Source of the DNA: Thermoplasmata archaeon
GTDB taxonomy: Archaea; Thermoplasmatota; Thermoplasmata; GCA-020350865
Length of the DNA: 64,000 nucleotides
Reading direction: 5' to 3'
NCBI GenBank assembly: GCA_020348445.1
Contig: CP070751.1
Span: 5,092,204-5,156,203, forward strand
The notes under the pieces were generated by a model. The model was not told the origin of the DNA, did no database searches, and saw only the letters and a program-made list of their open reading frames with translations. Below are positions 27,793 to 38,800 of this stretch, piece after piece. The stretch's first letter is position 1. Each line of letters starts with the position of its first letter. The translations under genes were made by a program, and so were the position numbers.

Positions 27793-30652
27793 CAGAATCC
27801 ATTGGCTCCTCATCCTCCAGTGGTGGAGGCTCCTCATCACCAGAGTCCATTGACTCTTCGCCATCCACCAGGGGGGATTCCCCGTCATCTATGGGCGACG
27901 GTTCCTCCTTGGAAGGTTTCGAACCCTTTTCATCTTCCTCCTTTCTTCTGCGGAGAAGTAGCAATAGGAGTATAAGGACGAGGAATATCAATAGTATGGC
28001 AGGAATCAGGCAAGGAAACTCGGTATCCTTTTCTTCTTCAGCAAGACTCACGTAGATTGTGAACGTGCAATTGTCGAAACCATCCTTTCCGTCTGTTACC
28101 TGTATCGTGAAGACGTTAGATCCAAAGTTATCTTTTAAAGGGGTGCCATAGATTGTTCCGTTCCAAGGATCTATCTGCAGCCATATGGGTCCTGAGACCC
28201 TGCTCCAGGTAAGAGGATCAGAGTCAGGATCTGTGGCCGTGAACGTGAAGTTCACCATTATACCTTCTTTTGCTTTAGTAGGTGCTGATTCCTTGTTCGT
28301 TATCCTTGGAGGTCTGTTTTGGGATTCTATCCCAACTACGATTGTAAATGTATAATTGTCATATCCACCCTTTCCATCGCTCACTTGTATCGTAAAGATA
28401 TTTGGGCCGAGGTCCTCCAGTAATGGCATTCCATATATGGTACCATTGTCTGATCCGATGTGCAACCAACTCGGTCCCGAAATCCTACCCCAGGTGAGGG
28501 GATCTGTATCTGGGTCCTCTGCTGTGAACGTGAATTTAACTGTGTAGTTCGCTATTGCAGTTGAGGGTTCGGATTCTCTGTTTGTAATAATTGGAGGATT
28601 ATTTTGAGGTTCGTTTGGATCAGATTGAGTAAAGGTAGCAAATATCCAGTAACCGTCAGGTTGATTGCCATAGGAACTCGTCTCCCACCCATCTGTCAGA
28701 TTGACCCGCCAATAAAAGAAACCAAAAGGGCGTGTATCGAAGGTTCCGGACTCTGTAACAGGTCCTGAGCCGGATTCTATGATATCTGTGAACTCTGAAT
28801 CTGTTGCCACTTCCCAGTTGTAGCTTTGAGGTAAATCACCTTCACTGTCCATATTTGGTGAATTCCAAGATACAATTTGGCTTGAATTGGCCTCTATAAC
28901 GCTCTCATCCCTTGGGGTAACAGGTTCTGAGGGTGCTAGAACCTCATTCATATGAAAGTCAACCCAGGAGACGGGACTCCACACACCTGAGCTGTTTTGC
29001 ACTGCAACCTTAAGTTTGTACGTGGTCCCATCGTCTAGTGGAGGACCGTTTGTGGGATATGGAGCTGTGTTGTATATGACATTTACAAATGATCCTGAGG
29101 TAGCCGAATGAGTTCTGTTACATTCCCATAATAACGTTGATCCAAAAGCATCCCAGACGCCGACATTGTATCGTATAAGGGGGTCAGAATGGGGGTCCTT
29201 GAATCTAAAACCGAATGTGGGCTCATGTGATATGATGTGCCCAATCCCTTCTGTTGGGCCTAAATAACCTTCCACGCTGAGCATGTCTGCATATGGAACA
29301 GGATGAACAGAGTCGATTGTAGCCGAGTAGATGTCGTCAGGACCGCTTCGACGATCCTCCCAAGCTACATGAATTGGGCCCATGGAGCCTACGGAAATTG
29401 TAGGGGTTTTTTGGCTTTCAACTCCGGGGTCTTCATCGCATACCCTAAGATTAGGATCTGTCCAAGTAACTCCATAATTGAGGGAATATGCGAAGTAAAT
29501 GTCAAAGTTGCCATTGCGTTTATCCTGCCAAGTCACATAAATTGTTCCTGTATGGCTTACTGTAAGGGAAGGAGAAAGTTGCGATGCAGCCCCTGTGTCA
29601 GTGTTGATCTTTTTATTTGGATCTGTCCAGTTTGCCCCGCCATCTGTGGATTTGGCAAAGTAGATGTCATTATTGTCGTCTCTATAGTCTTGCCAAGCCA
29701 AGTAGATATCACCGTTGGGTCCGACACCTATCGAAGGCTCGTTTTGACTCTTTACTGTGGTGTCTTTATTGACTCTGACACTGGTACTCCAGGTTTCACC
29801 GCCATCTGTGGATGAGGCGGCATGTATATCAAAATCGCCTGTTATTTTATCTTCCCAGGCCACGTAAATGGTGCCTTCTGCGTCCACGGCTACTGTGGGA
29901 TTGAGCTGTAGGGAGGAAGCAGGGTCCCGGTTGACCTTTGTATTTGGATCACTCCAGTCATCTCCCCTGTTGGTGGACATGGCAAAGTATATGTCGAAGT
30001 TGCTGTTTCTGTCGTCTTCCCAGACCACATAGATGTTATCAGAGGAGTCCACTTTAAGACATGGATCAGTTTGAGTCCCCCCAGCCGTACTTATTTTAGT
30101 GGGGGGATAGGCCCAGGATTCTCCACCGTTCTCTGATCTGGTGAAGTAGATGTCCCAATCGACTCCGCCATCGTCCTGCCATGCAAGATATAACGTGCCA
30201 GCAGAATCCACGGCAATGGATGGATTGCTTTGGTTTCCAGAGCCGACATCAACCAAGATATTTGGATCAGTCCAGGTCTCCCCCCAGTCAGAGGATTTGG
30301 CAAAGTAGATATCTGAGTTGTAAAGGTCATTGCGATAGTCGTACCAGGCCAAATATGCGGTGCCTGTAGAATCCACGGCAATTGTAGGTGCATTCTGTAC
30401 TGTTAAAGTGGAGTCAGTGTTCACCTTAACGTTATCTGAAAACGGAGGATCGCCTTTTACCTTTGGTGTTTCCAGGGAAATCAGAAATGTAACGCTGGCA
30501 ACAAACAGAGATGCAACAATGCACATGGTTTTAATCTTTCTTGGAATTACTCTCAAAGTCAAACAGCCTCTCTTTGAAATCATATTCATCATATGGTATT
30601 TAAAACCTATCTTGGATAGCCATTGAAAATAATTTCGAATTCTAAATAGCAA
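27737..30652 (-). CDS. Receptor/adhesin-like protein B: signal peptide, 7-blade Asp-box propeller, Ig/FN3-like region, two cadherin/He_PIG-like domains, TM, acidic Pro tail; true start probably TTG 30556
   Basis: Same blades as A. Two NxPP.ITN...FTFTA.DPD.DPLTW...GP.WL.I...NGTIYG.P...F.IQV.DG units. TTG 30556 follows GAGAGG and gives a 35-aa signal ending KG|DPPFS, matching the 36-37-aa signals of the paralogues. Confidence 0.87.
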   Translation of the reverse strand: MLFRIRNYFQWLSKIGFKYHMMNMISKRGCLTLRVIPRKIKTMCIVASLFVASVTFLISLETPKVKGDPPFSDNVKVNTDSTLTVQNAPTIAVDSTGTAYLAWYDYRNDLYNSDIYFAKSSDWGETWTDPNILVDVGSGNQSNPSIAVDSAGTLYLAWQDDGGVDWDIYFTRSENGGESWAYPPTKISTAGGTQTDPCLKVDSSDNIYVVWEDDRNSNFDIYFAMSTNRGDDWSDPNTKVNRDPASSLQLNPTVAVDAEGTIYVAWEDKITGDFDIHAASSTDGGETWSTSVRVNKDTTVKSQNEPSIGVGPNGDIYLAWQDYRDDNNDIYFAKSTDGGANWTDPNKKINTDTGAASQLSPSLTVSHTGTIYVTWQDKRNGNFDIYFAYSLNYGVTWTDPNLRVCDEDPGVESQKTPTISVGSMGPIHVAWEDRRSGPDDIYSATIDSVHPVPYADMLSVEGYLGPTEGIGHIISHEPTFGFRFKDPHSDPLIRYNVGVWDAFGSTLLWECNRTHSATSGSFVNVIYNTAPYPTNGPPLDDGTTYKLKVAVQNSSGVWSPVSWVDFHMNEVLAPSEPVTPRDESVIEANSSQIVSWNSPNMDSEGDLPQSYNWEVATDSEFTDIIESGSGPVTESGTFDTRPFGFFYWRVNLTDGWETSSYGNQPDGYWIFATFTQSDPNEPQNNPPIITNRESEPSTAIANYTVKFTFTAEDPDTDPLTWGRISGPSWLHIGSDNGTIYGMPLLEDLGPNIFTIQVSDGKGGYDNYTFTIVVGIESQNRPPRITNKESAPTKAKEGIMVNFTFTATDPDSDPLTWSRVSGPIWLQIDPWNGTIYGTPLKDNFGSNVFTIQVTDGKDGFDNCTFTIYVSLAEEEKDTEFPCLIPAILLIFLVLILLLLLLRRRKEEDEKGSKPSKEEPSPIDDGESPLVDGEESMDSGDEEPPPLEDEEPMDSEDEEPPPPDDEEPKDPGD
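30598..30621 (-). promoter_or_regulatory. Conserved promoter of paralogue B: GGCTATCCAAGATAGGTTTTAAAT
   Basis: Matches the paralogue A element. It lies inside the over-extended ORF-track N-terminus, which supports a downstream start. Confidence 0.6.
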
Positions 30653-30734
30653 TAGATATCAAGTAAATAAATAATATCTCGTACAGGTTCTCCGAAGTCC
30701 AAAGGATGCATAGAATAAATCTAAGTTTCAGCTT

Positions 30735-33700
30735 TTACGGTGGGGGAGGCGGCGATGGTCTTTCTTCCACCTCCTCGGACATTCCATCCTCGTACTCCTC
30801 ATACATCTCCTCTTCTGAAGTTCCACCCTCGTATTCCTCGTAATCCTCCTCCCCGATTCCCTCATCGGACTGTTCAACCTCTCCTTCTCCTTCTTCGGGA
30901 GGTATTGCCACCTCCGTTTTCTTCTTTCGTCTTAAGGATAGAATCAGTAATATGACGATCGCTAAAAAAGCTAACCCCAAGATCAAAATCCATTGGGACT
31001 CTTCCTCCTCAGTTTTAGCAGATGCTGCTGTGGAATATGGTGATTCATTACCAGCATCATCAACGGCCGTGATTGCATAATAATAAGTCGTATCTGGACT
31101 TAGGTCAGAATCAGTGTATGATGTTGTGTCAGCATCCCCCTCGTGCACCATCTCCCAGGGATCGTCGGGTGATTTTCTTCTGTATACCCTGTAGTTTGCA
31201 ACATCAGGATCATCAACCTTAGACCAAGATATCTCGATTTTATCTGACCCTTTGACCTTCAAACTCGGTTTTGCAGGTGCAGCAGGTTTTATAGTGTCCA
31301 CAGATGCCGAGACAGTGATAATCCCAGTTGAATTGGATAAAGTGGGGGAATATGTGGCTGTTATTCTACAGGTTCCCTCGGTTGCCAATTCTTTTACAGT
31401 AAAGTTTGTCCAAATACCCAAAGGTGTAACTTCACCCACCGAGGTATCATCAACTGACCATGTGACCTCCACATCCCAAAGATAGAAGGCAGTATTGTTA
31501 TAGGCAGCGGCATAGAATTGGTCTGTTTCTCCACCTGAGAACGTGCGTGTTGTTGTGATGTTTCCCTCTCCATTTGCTGCATCACGGATAATGATCTCAT
31601 CCACCCTGGGCGCCAATACCAAAAGATCCCCTGTGGAGTTCCTGATATCAAGATAAGTAACATTGATTTTACATATGCTATCCTCGATTACAAGCCTGGC
31701 AATGAATTTCGGCGGAGAGATCGTGGTTTCAATTATACCAACACTATTATCACTAATTTCCCAGGTCGCAATTACATTGCGGAGATATCCCACAGTTTTG
31801 TTGTACGCTGCAGCAAATAATATCTCCGTCTGATTGACAATATAGACCTTGTCCGTTATTATCTCTCCTCCGCCACCATCGGCATTGCGAATAATTATCT
31901 CATCCACTGTGGGTACCAACACAGTTAGTGTTCCTGTGGCGTTCATTTTATCGTCGTATGTTGCATTGACTTTACATTGGGAGTCCACTGAAATCATCTT
32001 GGCCGTGAAGTTGGTCCAATGGCCATATAAGGTCACCACACCTGTATCTGTGTCGTCGCTTTGCCACTCTACAGCAACAAGGCTGACAAATTCATCGTGG
32101 GTATCATTCCAACCGCATGCATAGAATATATAGTTAAGTCCCCCAATGTAATATGAATCGCCGATCCAGCCGCCACTGCCATCTGGAGTGTCGGATATTA
32201 ATATACGGTCAATTACCAGGGGATTGACTGTTAAAATCCCAGTCCAGTTCAAATCATACAGAATATTTGACGCAGATACTTTGCATACACCAGCCTTTTC
32301 TGCATCAAATGTCGTGAATGTACTTGGTCCCGAATTCACTGTACCAACATCAGGATTATTGCATTCCCAAACCACTTCTATTAAGATTACAAACTGGGAA
32401 TCTGTTTCGTTCCATCCACAGGCATAGAATGTGTCGCTGTCGTATTTATAATAGAGCTGATCGCCTACCCAGCCGCTTGCGCAATTTGGAGAGCGGGAGA
32501 TAATGATTCTATCGATGCCAAAACTGCTAACAGATAATATTCCAGTCCAGTTCGTTGTATAGGATGCATGTGATGCTGAGACATTGCATACCCCATCATC
32601 AACTGCTGTAAACACACTGGAACCACTACCCACTAGCGGATCCAAGGTCCCGACACTTGTATTGTTACTTGCCCAATTTACCTCCACGAGCTCAACAAAA
32701 ACATCATAGGTTTCGTTCCATCCGCAGGCATAGAATGTGTCAGTGCCTCCCTTAACAAAATAATAGTCGCCTATCCAACCACTTAATCCATCTGGACTGC
32801 GAGAAATGAAGATTCTATCTATCTTGAGGGGGACCACAGTCAATACCCCGGTCCAATTCACGCCATATGTAGCATGGGTGGCATTGACCATGCATTTTCC
32901 AGTAGCAACTGCATTGAACGCGGTCGAGTTTGCCGGTCCTATTTCTACCGAACCAATCCCGGTATCGTTGCTTTTCCAGTTTACATCCACCAGCTCAACA
33001 AACTCATCATGGGTTTTGTTCCAACCGCATGCATAGAATGTGTCAGTTGCAGTCATATCATATATATAATCACCTATCCAACCCGTGCTTCCATTGGGTG
33101 CAAGTGAGATTACGATATCGTCAATCACCAATGGATCGACCGTCAGAATCCCTGTCCTGTTCGTGGCATAGGAAGCGTGGGATGCCGAGACTTTGCACGT
33201 TCCAACACCCACAGCATTGAACGTCGTTGTGGTCCCTGAGCCAACAGCCACTTCTCCCACATTCTCATCATCACTTGTCCAGGTAACATCCACCAAGACC
33301 GCGAACTCATCATGAGTCTTATTCCATCCACAGGCATAGTAAATCTCTGAGTCATGTTTTACATAGGACCTGTCATCTATCCAGCCGCTGCTTCCATCAG
33401 GAGTCAAGGATATTAAAATCTCGTCGATTTCCAGGGGATCGACTGTTAATACACCGGTATAATTTATGTCGAACATGGCATGATAAGCTGAAACATTGCA
33501 TGTTCCCACATTCACAGCCTCGAATTTCGTTGAAAAATCGGGTCCCTGAACAACGGTACCAATTAATTCATCATTACTGTTCCATTCCACGTCAACTAAG
33601 GCCACGAACTCGTCGTGAGTGTTGTTCCAACCGCAGGCGTAGAAAGTATCGTTTTCGTACTTTTTATAGGTTTGATCGCCGATCCAACCATCACTACTAT

Positions 33701-35618
33701 CCTCAGAAAGTGAGATTATGAGTTTATCCATTCCCAACGCATTGATAGTCAAAGTCCCAGTTGTATTTAAACCATATGAAAGACTTGTTGCATTAACATG
33801 GCATATTCCCACATCTTTTGCAGTAAATGTCGTTGACGTACCTGAAGGTGTCACACCGCCAACATCGGTATCATTACATGACCATGTTACATCAACCAGC
33901 TTTACAAAAACATCGGATGTCTTGTTCCACCCGCATGCGTAAAATATATCGTTATCATGTTTTGTATAGGTCCGATCCCCAATCCATCCACCTGCTCCAT
34001 CCATATCAAGTGATATTCTAATTTCATCGATGGTAATATCTAAAACAGTCAATATCCCCGTTTCGTTGACTTCATAACTTGCGTTTGTAGCATTGACATA
34101 ACATATCCCTCCCCCGACGGCGGTAAACGTTGTGGAGGTACTAGGCCCGAAATCTACGGTCCCCACACCAGTATCATTACATTTCCAGTCCACCTCCACC
34201 AAAGATACGAACACTCCATATGTCTCGTTCCAACCGCAGGCATATAACGTAATAATATCGGTAATAAAATAGGTCTGATCACCTACCCAGCCGGTTGCGG
34301 CATTCGAACTTAAAGAAATGATTATCTTGTCTGTTTGGGGAATCGGTGGTGGCGGTATAAGATAGGCATAATAAATATCGTCGTTGCTGCCGCTGCGGCG
34401 GTCATCCCAGGCCACACAGACTGTGCCATTTGGGGAAACTGCAAGGTCGGGGTTCAGTTGATTCTCGCCTGAAATGTCGTCGTTCACCCTTAGATTTGGA
34501 TCTGTCCATGTGACACCATAATCTGAGGAATTGGCATAGAAGATATCGAAGTTGTCATTGCGGTAATCCCCCCAAGCGACATGGATGGTACCTGTCGAAT
34601 CAACAGTGATGTCCGGGACCCATTGACTCCTTGTACCCACATCGGTATTTATCTTAACATTTGGATAGGGCCAGGTCTCACCTTTATCTGAGGATCTGGC
34701 AAAATATATATCCAAATTGCCATCCCGATTATCCTCCCAGACCAGGTATACATTATCATTGGAATCAACGGCAATACTGGGATTGTATGATTCGTTGTCG
34801 GTGGCGTATGTATTCACCCTTTTATTTGGTTTGCTCCAGGTCATACCCCCATCCTCTGACTTTGCGAAGTAGATATCTGAATCGCCATCGCGTTGGTCTT
34901 CCCAGGCTGAATAAATAATGCCATTTGAATCAACGGCAATTGTGGGATTAAGCTGAAATGAGTTGGTGGTATCGTTACTCACTTCGACATTTGGATGGTT
35001 CCATGTGGCCCCCCCATCTGAAGAATATGCCGAGTAGATGTCCCAGTTAGTGCCGCTGCGAGCATCATGCCAAACAGCGTATACAACTCCATTTGAATCC
35101 ACGGCAATTACGGGTTTTTCTTGAGGAAAGGGACCACCATCTGTATTGACTGGCAAGTTGGTACTACCCCAGGTAGCGCCCCCATCTGTGGAATTGGCAA
35201 AGTAGATATCTGCGTTACCGGCCCTGTTGTCCTCCCAGGCAATAAAAAGAGTACCTGTTGCATTCACAGCAAGGGATGGGGCCATCTGATCCTCGGTTGT
35301 GGCATCTGTGTTGATCTTCTTGTTGGGATTGGACCAGGTTGCACCTCCATCTGTTGAGTTGGCAAAAAAGATATCTCCGTGGGTATTTCGATAGTCTTCC
35401 CAGGCAATGTATATGTTTCCATTGGGGCCCACGACAATGGATGGTCTATTCTGATTGTCGGTGCCCGATTCGATGCTCACCTTCTTGTTGGCAGAAAATG
35501 GAGGATCGGCTCTTGCCGTCTCCGGGATGGCGTAAAAGATGACCATAATGGCTGAAAACAGCATAAAATATGTTATGGCCAAGGCTAAACCTTTTTTTGC
35601 ATTAACTTTCTCATTCAT
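30735..35618 (-). CDS. Receptor/adhesin-like protein C: signal peptide, 7-blade Asp-box propeller, 10 ~100-aa Ig-like repeats, FN3, TM, acidic tail ending PPPPP
   Basis: Blades as in A and B. Repeats read ID.I.IS...DG..GWIGD..Y...FYACGWN.T.D.FV.LV.V.W...G.C.V.A. FN3 YYYAITAVDDAGNES. SD GAGGT upstream. Confidence 0.9.
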   Translation of the reverse strand: MNEKVNAKKGLALAITYFMLFSAIMVIFYAIPETARADPPFSANKKVSIESGTDNQNRPSIVVGPNGNIYIAWEDYRNTHGDIFFANSTDGGATWSNPNKKINTDATTEDQMAPSLAVNATGTLFIAWEDNRAGNADIYFANSTDGGATWGSTNLPVNTDGGPFPQEKPVIAVDSNGVVYAVWHDARSGTNWDIYSAYSSDGGATWNHPNVEVSNDTTNSFQLNPTIAVDSNGIIYSAWEDQRDGDSDIYFAKSEDGGMTWSKPNKRVNTYATDNESYNPSIAVDSNDNVYLVWEDNRDGNLDIYFARSSDKGETWPYPNVKINTDVGTRSQWVPDITVDSTGTIHVAWGDYRNDNFDIFYANSSDYGVTWTDPNLRVNDDISGENQLNPDLAVSPNGTVCVAWDDRRSGSNDDIYYAYLIPPPPIPQTDKIIISLSSNAATGWVGDQTYFITDIITLYACGWNETYGVFVSLVEVDWKCNDTGVGTVDFGPSTSTTFTAVGGGICYVNATNASYEVNETGILTVLDITIDEIRISLDMDGAGGWIGDRTYTKHDNDIFYACGWNKTSDVFVKLVDVTWSCNDTDVGGVTPSGTSTTFTAKDVGICHVNATSLSYGLNTTGTLTINALGMDKLIISLSEDSSDGWIGDQTYKKYENDTFYACGWNNTHDEFVALVDVEWNSNDELIGTVVQGPDFSTKFEAVNVGTCNVSAYHAMFDINYTGVLTVDPLEIDEILISLTPDGSSGWIDDRSYVKHDSEIYYACGWNKTHDEFAVLVDVTWTSDDENVGEVAVGSGTTTTFNAVGVGTCKVSASHASYATNRTGILTVDPLVIDDIVISLAPNGSTGWIGDYIYDMTATDTFYACGWNKTHDEFVELVDVNWKSNDTGIGSVEIGPANSTAFNAVATGKCMVNATHATYGVNWTGVLTVVPLKIDRIFISRSPDGLSGWIGDYYFVKGGTDTFYACGWNETYDVFVELVEVNWASNNTSVGTLDPLVGSGSSVFTAVDDGVCNVSASHASYTTNWTGILSVSSFGIDRIIISRSPNCASGWVGDQLYYKYDSDTFYACGWNETDSQFVILIEVVWECNNPDVGTVNSGPSTFTTFDAEKAGVCKVSASNILYDLNWTGILTVNPLVIDRILISDTPDGSGGWIGDSYYIGGLNYIFYACGWNDTHDEFVSLVAVEWQSDDTDTGVVTLYGHWTNFTAKMISVDSQCKVNATYDDKMNATGTLTVLVPTVDEIIIRNADGGGGEIITDKVYIVNQTEILFAAAYNKTVGYLRNVIATWEISDNSVGIIETTISPPKFIARLVIEDSICKINVTYLDIRNSTGDLLVLAPRVDEIIIRDAANGEGNITTTRTFSGGETDQFYAAAYNNTAFYLWDVEVTWSVDDTSVGEVTPLGIWTNFTVKELATEGTCRITATYSPTLSNSTGIITVSASVDTIKPAAPAKPSLKVKGSDKIEISWSKVDDPDVANYRVYRRKSPDDPWEMVHEGDADTTSYTDSDLSPDTTYYYAITAVDDAGNESPYSTAASAKTEEEESQWILILGLAFLAIVILLILSLRRKKKTEVAIPPEEGEGEVEQSDEGIGEEDYEEYEGGTSEEEMYEEYEDGMSEEVEERPSPPPPP

Positions 35619-35655
35619 ATTACCTCATCTCCTGTTATTGTAATTACACTATCGA

Positions 35656-35680
35656 ATATAAATCTATCCTTGGAGCATCC
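35656..35680 (-). promoter_or_regulatory. Conserved promoter of paralogue C: GGATGCTCCAAGGATAGATTTATAT
   Basis: TATA TTTATAT plus TCCAA.GATAG, as in A and B. Confidence 0.62.
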
Positions 35681-35808
35681 CATCGAAACCTGAATTATTG
35701 GATTACCTATCTGGTGTCTCTGTAAAGAAATGTTTGAATTGATTGAGGGACAGAAAGAGGGCTTAAGTTGAAACCGTCGAAGGCCCTATGGACTTAACAG
35801 GGCTTTCC

Positions 35809-38800
35809 TTACCTATCGTCCTCAGGTTCTCCCATGGTGTCCCTGTGTGTGGCTGGTAAATTGCCTGCCTGTGGATCTCTTGGCCCGCCGTGTTGTAATC
35901 CCCATCGATCATCCTTCTGGTCTGCAAGGCCCAACTCGCCATCAGATTCTACAAGGGCCTGATCGGCTCCACAGGCCTCGCCCAGGGCCATGAGGAACCT
36001 AACAAGATGCGGGGATATCAATCTATCTGTCTCAGGATATCCGAACGGTGCATATGGTGCAATATAGCTGTTGAATTCTCCTATCCAGTCAAAGACCCGG
36101 TCCCCACCTGTATTGAATATCATCACATCAAGACCGCATCCACCGAAGACGAAATCCCTGTCTGCAAATTCGGGTGAATCAGGCTCGTTGTTGAGGCCAC
36201 CTTGTGAGTCATGATTGTCGTCTGCATTGATGACATCGTCACCCAATCCACCGAACATGCGATCGTTCTGGGTTCCGCCAACTATCCAGTCATGGCCGTT
36301 ATCTCCGAACATCCTGTCCTTACCGTCTAAGATCTTGGTGCCGTTACCATCAACGGCCTCGAAATTGAGGAAGAATCCAACAATCTTCGTGCGTGGATTC
36401 TCTGCATCGTAGAAGGATATCTTTCTTGTTACAGGATCGTAAGGCAGCGGTGTTGTGTTGGTTATTGGATCGCTGTTATAGAAATCAGGCAATGCTTCGG
36501 CACCCAACATTCCATCATCACCTGCTCCACCGTGCATCCAGTCATTGCCAAGACCGCCATACATGATGTCGTTTCCGCCGTATTCAAAAGCCGCAATGTC
36601 AGCGACTTTCTTGAGCCTTCCTGTGATATCAACCCAGGCACCAATAAAGGGACCAGGCAATTTGATGAACTTCTCTTTGAATGGTTTGGTTAATCCGTAA
36701 AGCGGCTCAGTCTCACCGTTTCTTGAGGTGCGGATCCTGCCATCGTCACCCATCATGCCATCCTGGCCATTTCCACCATACATCCTATCATGGCCACTCT
36801 GGCCGTAGAGATCGTCGTCCTGTCCCTCGCCAAATATGACATCGTTACCCACCATACCGTGTATGAGATCATCACTGGCCTCACCGTGAATCAGATCATC
36901 TGTTCCGATGTCGCTTGCACTTCCGCCTGGAGTGTAGTCAAGAAGCTGAATTGCCCTTGGAATGATGGTCACATTGCCGTAGTTGTCATAAGTAAATGTG
37001 AGGAAGTCACCGCTGTATTGTCCGTTTGTACCCACGATGCGGAATATATTGCCATTGTCTCCGAGTATGTAATCTGAATCCAATGCATGACCGTCATCTG
37101 ATTCATCACCTGGATCGTATCTTGCAATACGGGTTCCTGCTCCACCGAATATGGTGTCAGAATCGTCGGGTCTCAGGCTTGAATCAGTGAGACCGAACAG
37201 CTCTGAGCTTCCGCCAACTATGTCATCCTGGCCATAGTCACCATAGATAAGGTCCTTGCCGCCGTTGCCCTCCATGTAATCATCGCCGTCATCTGCATTC
37301 TCCACAGAAGGATCGGTGGCATTGATGAACTCAGAAACTGAGGCGTCACCCTGCATTAGGTCGTCCCCAAGCTCGCCGAACATGACATCCTCGTGCGGTC
37401 CCCCTGCCATGTAATCGTTGCCGTATGTGTATGGTGTGGGGCTGTCGCTGTGGTCCAAAAGTGTGGTATCGCGACCCCTGGCACCGCTTGGATTAGGCTG
37501 GTGGGTGGAAGTAACGTCTGCATCGTCATTTTCATCGTACAATGTGGTGCCCTCCAATGAACGGATGCGCGGGCTCACAGTGTCGTATCTCCTGAGAATT
37601 ATGCAATTGTCTCCTGCCATCACATCATCCTCCGAGCCTCCGTCCATGATATCGTTTAGACCTGGTCCAACATCGAGCTCATCGATTCCGCCCACGACGT
37701 TATGGCCACCGATCATGTCGTCGTCATCCTCATTGCCGAACATGTCGTCGTCGCCTTGCTGGCCCAGCATTATGTCATCGCCTTCGTTGCCGTACATCAG
37801 ATCGCCGTCACCGCCATCGGATGCGGCAGTGTATATAGCGATGAAGATGAACGTCGGAACAGGCAGGGTCGAGAGATCCAGTAACATATTGGGCTTTCTT
37901 TCCACCCTGGCATGGTCACCGAAGAGCAGGTCGTTGTGTTCGTGGCCGTACATCGTATCATCAGCAGTTCCACCGAATGCGATATCATTCTCAGAACCGC
38001 ACAGTATCATGTCACTGCCACCGTCATTGGGGAATGTGGCAATAATAAGATCCAGGGTCGAAGTATCGGGTTCTGAACTGTCAACAGATGTTAATACATA
38101 ATCGAGAAGGCCGTTGTCGCCAAGTATGATATCCATATCGGCATTTCCCTTGAGATGATCACCGTAAGCGCCGCCGAGAATTATGTCATCCTGATCGTTT
38201 CCTTCGATGGTGTCGCTGCCGCCTATTGCGGGATCAGTTGTCTTGATTTTTTCTATGAGCTCTCCTGGCTGTGTGATATTGCCATTGTCACCAAGGATTA
38301 TATCCTCCCCACCGTGACCCCAGATATCGTCACCAAATGCACCGCCTAAGATCTTATCATTATCCTCGTTACCCTCGATGGTGTCGCTGCCCCCTATACC
38401 AGGATCAGTTGTCACTATCAGATCGAGGGTGTTTGCATCGCCGTCAAAGACCATGTCCAAGAATCCGTTGTCACCTAGAATCACATCCTCGTTTAGATTG
38501 CCCCAGATTAAGTCACCCTCGGCCCCTCCAAGGATGTAGTCATCCCCGTCATTGCCTTCGATTGTATCGTTGCCGCCTATTGCCGGGTCTGTGGTCTCGA
38601 TGAGCTCTATTATCTCACCGGGCTGTGTTACCCTACCGTTGTCACCAAGTATCAGATCGTTATTTTCGTGGCCCCAAATGTAGTCCCCGTACGGGCCACC
38701 CAGTATGGTATCCTCTCCTTCATTGCCTTCGATGGTATCGATGCCACCAATGGAAGGATCTGTGGTCTCGATGAGATCCAGGGTGTCAGCGTCACCATCC

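Noticed and set aside
27541-27975. 144-aa His/Pro-rich repeat ORF on the + strand
   Set aside because: It is the antisense shadow of the acidic Pro repeats of paralogue B and its cryptic extension.
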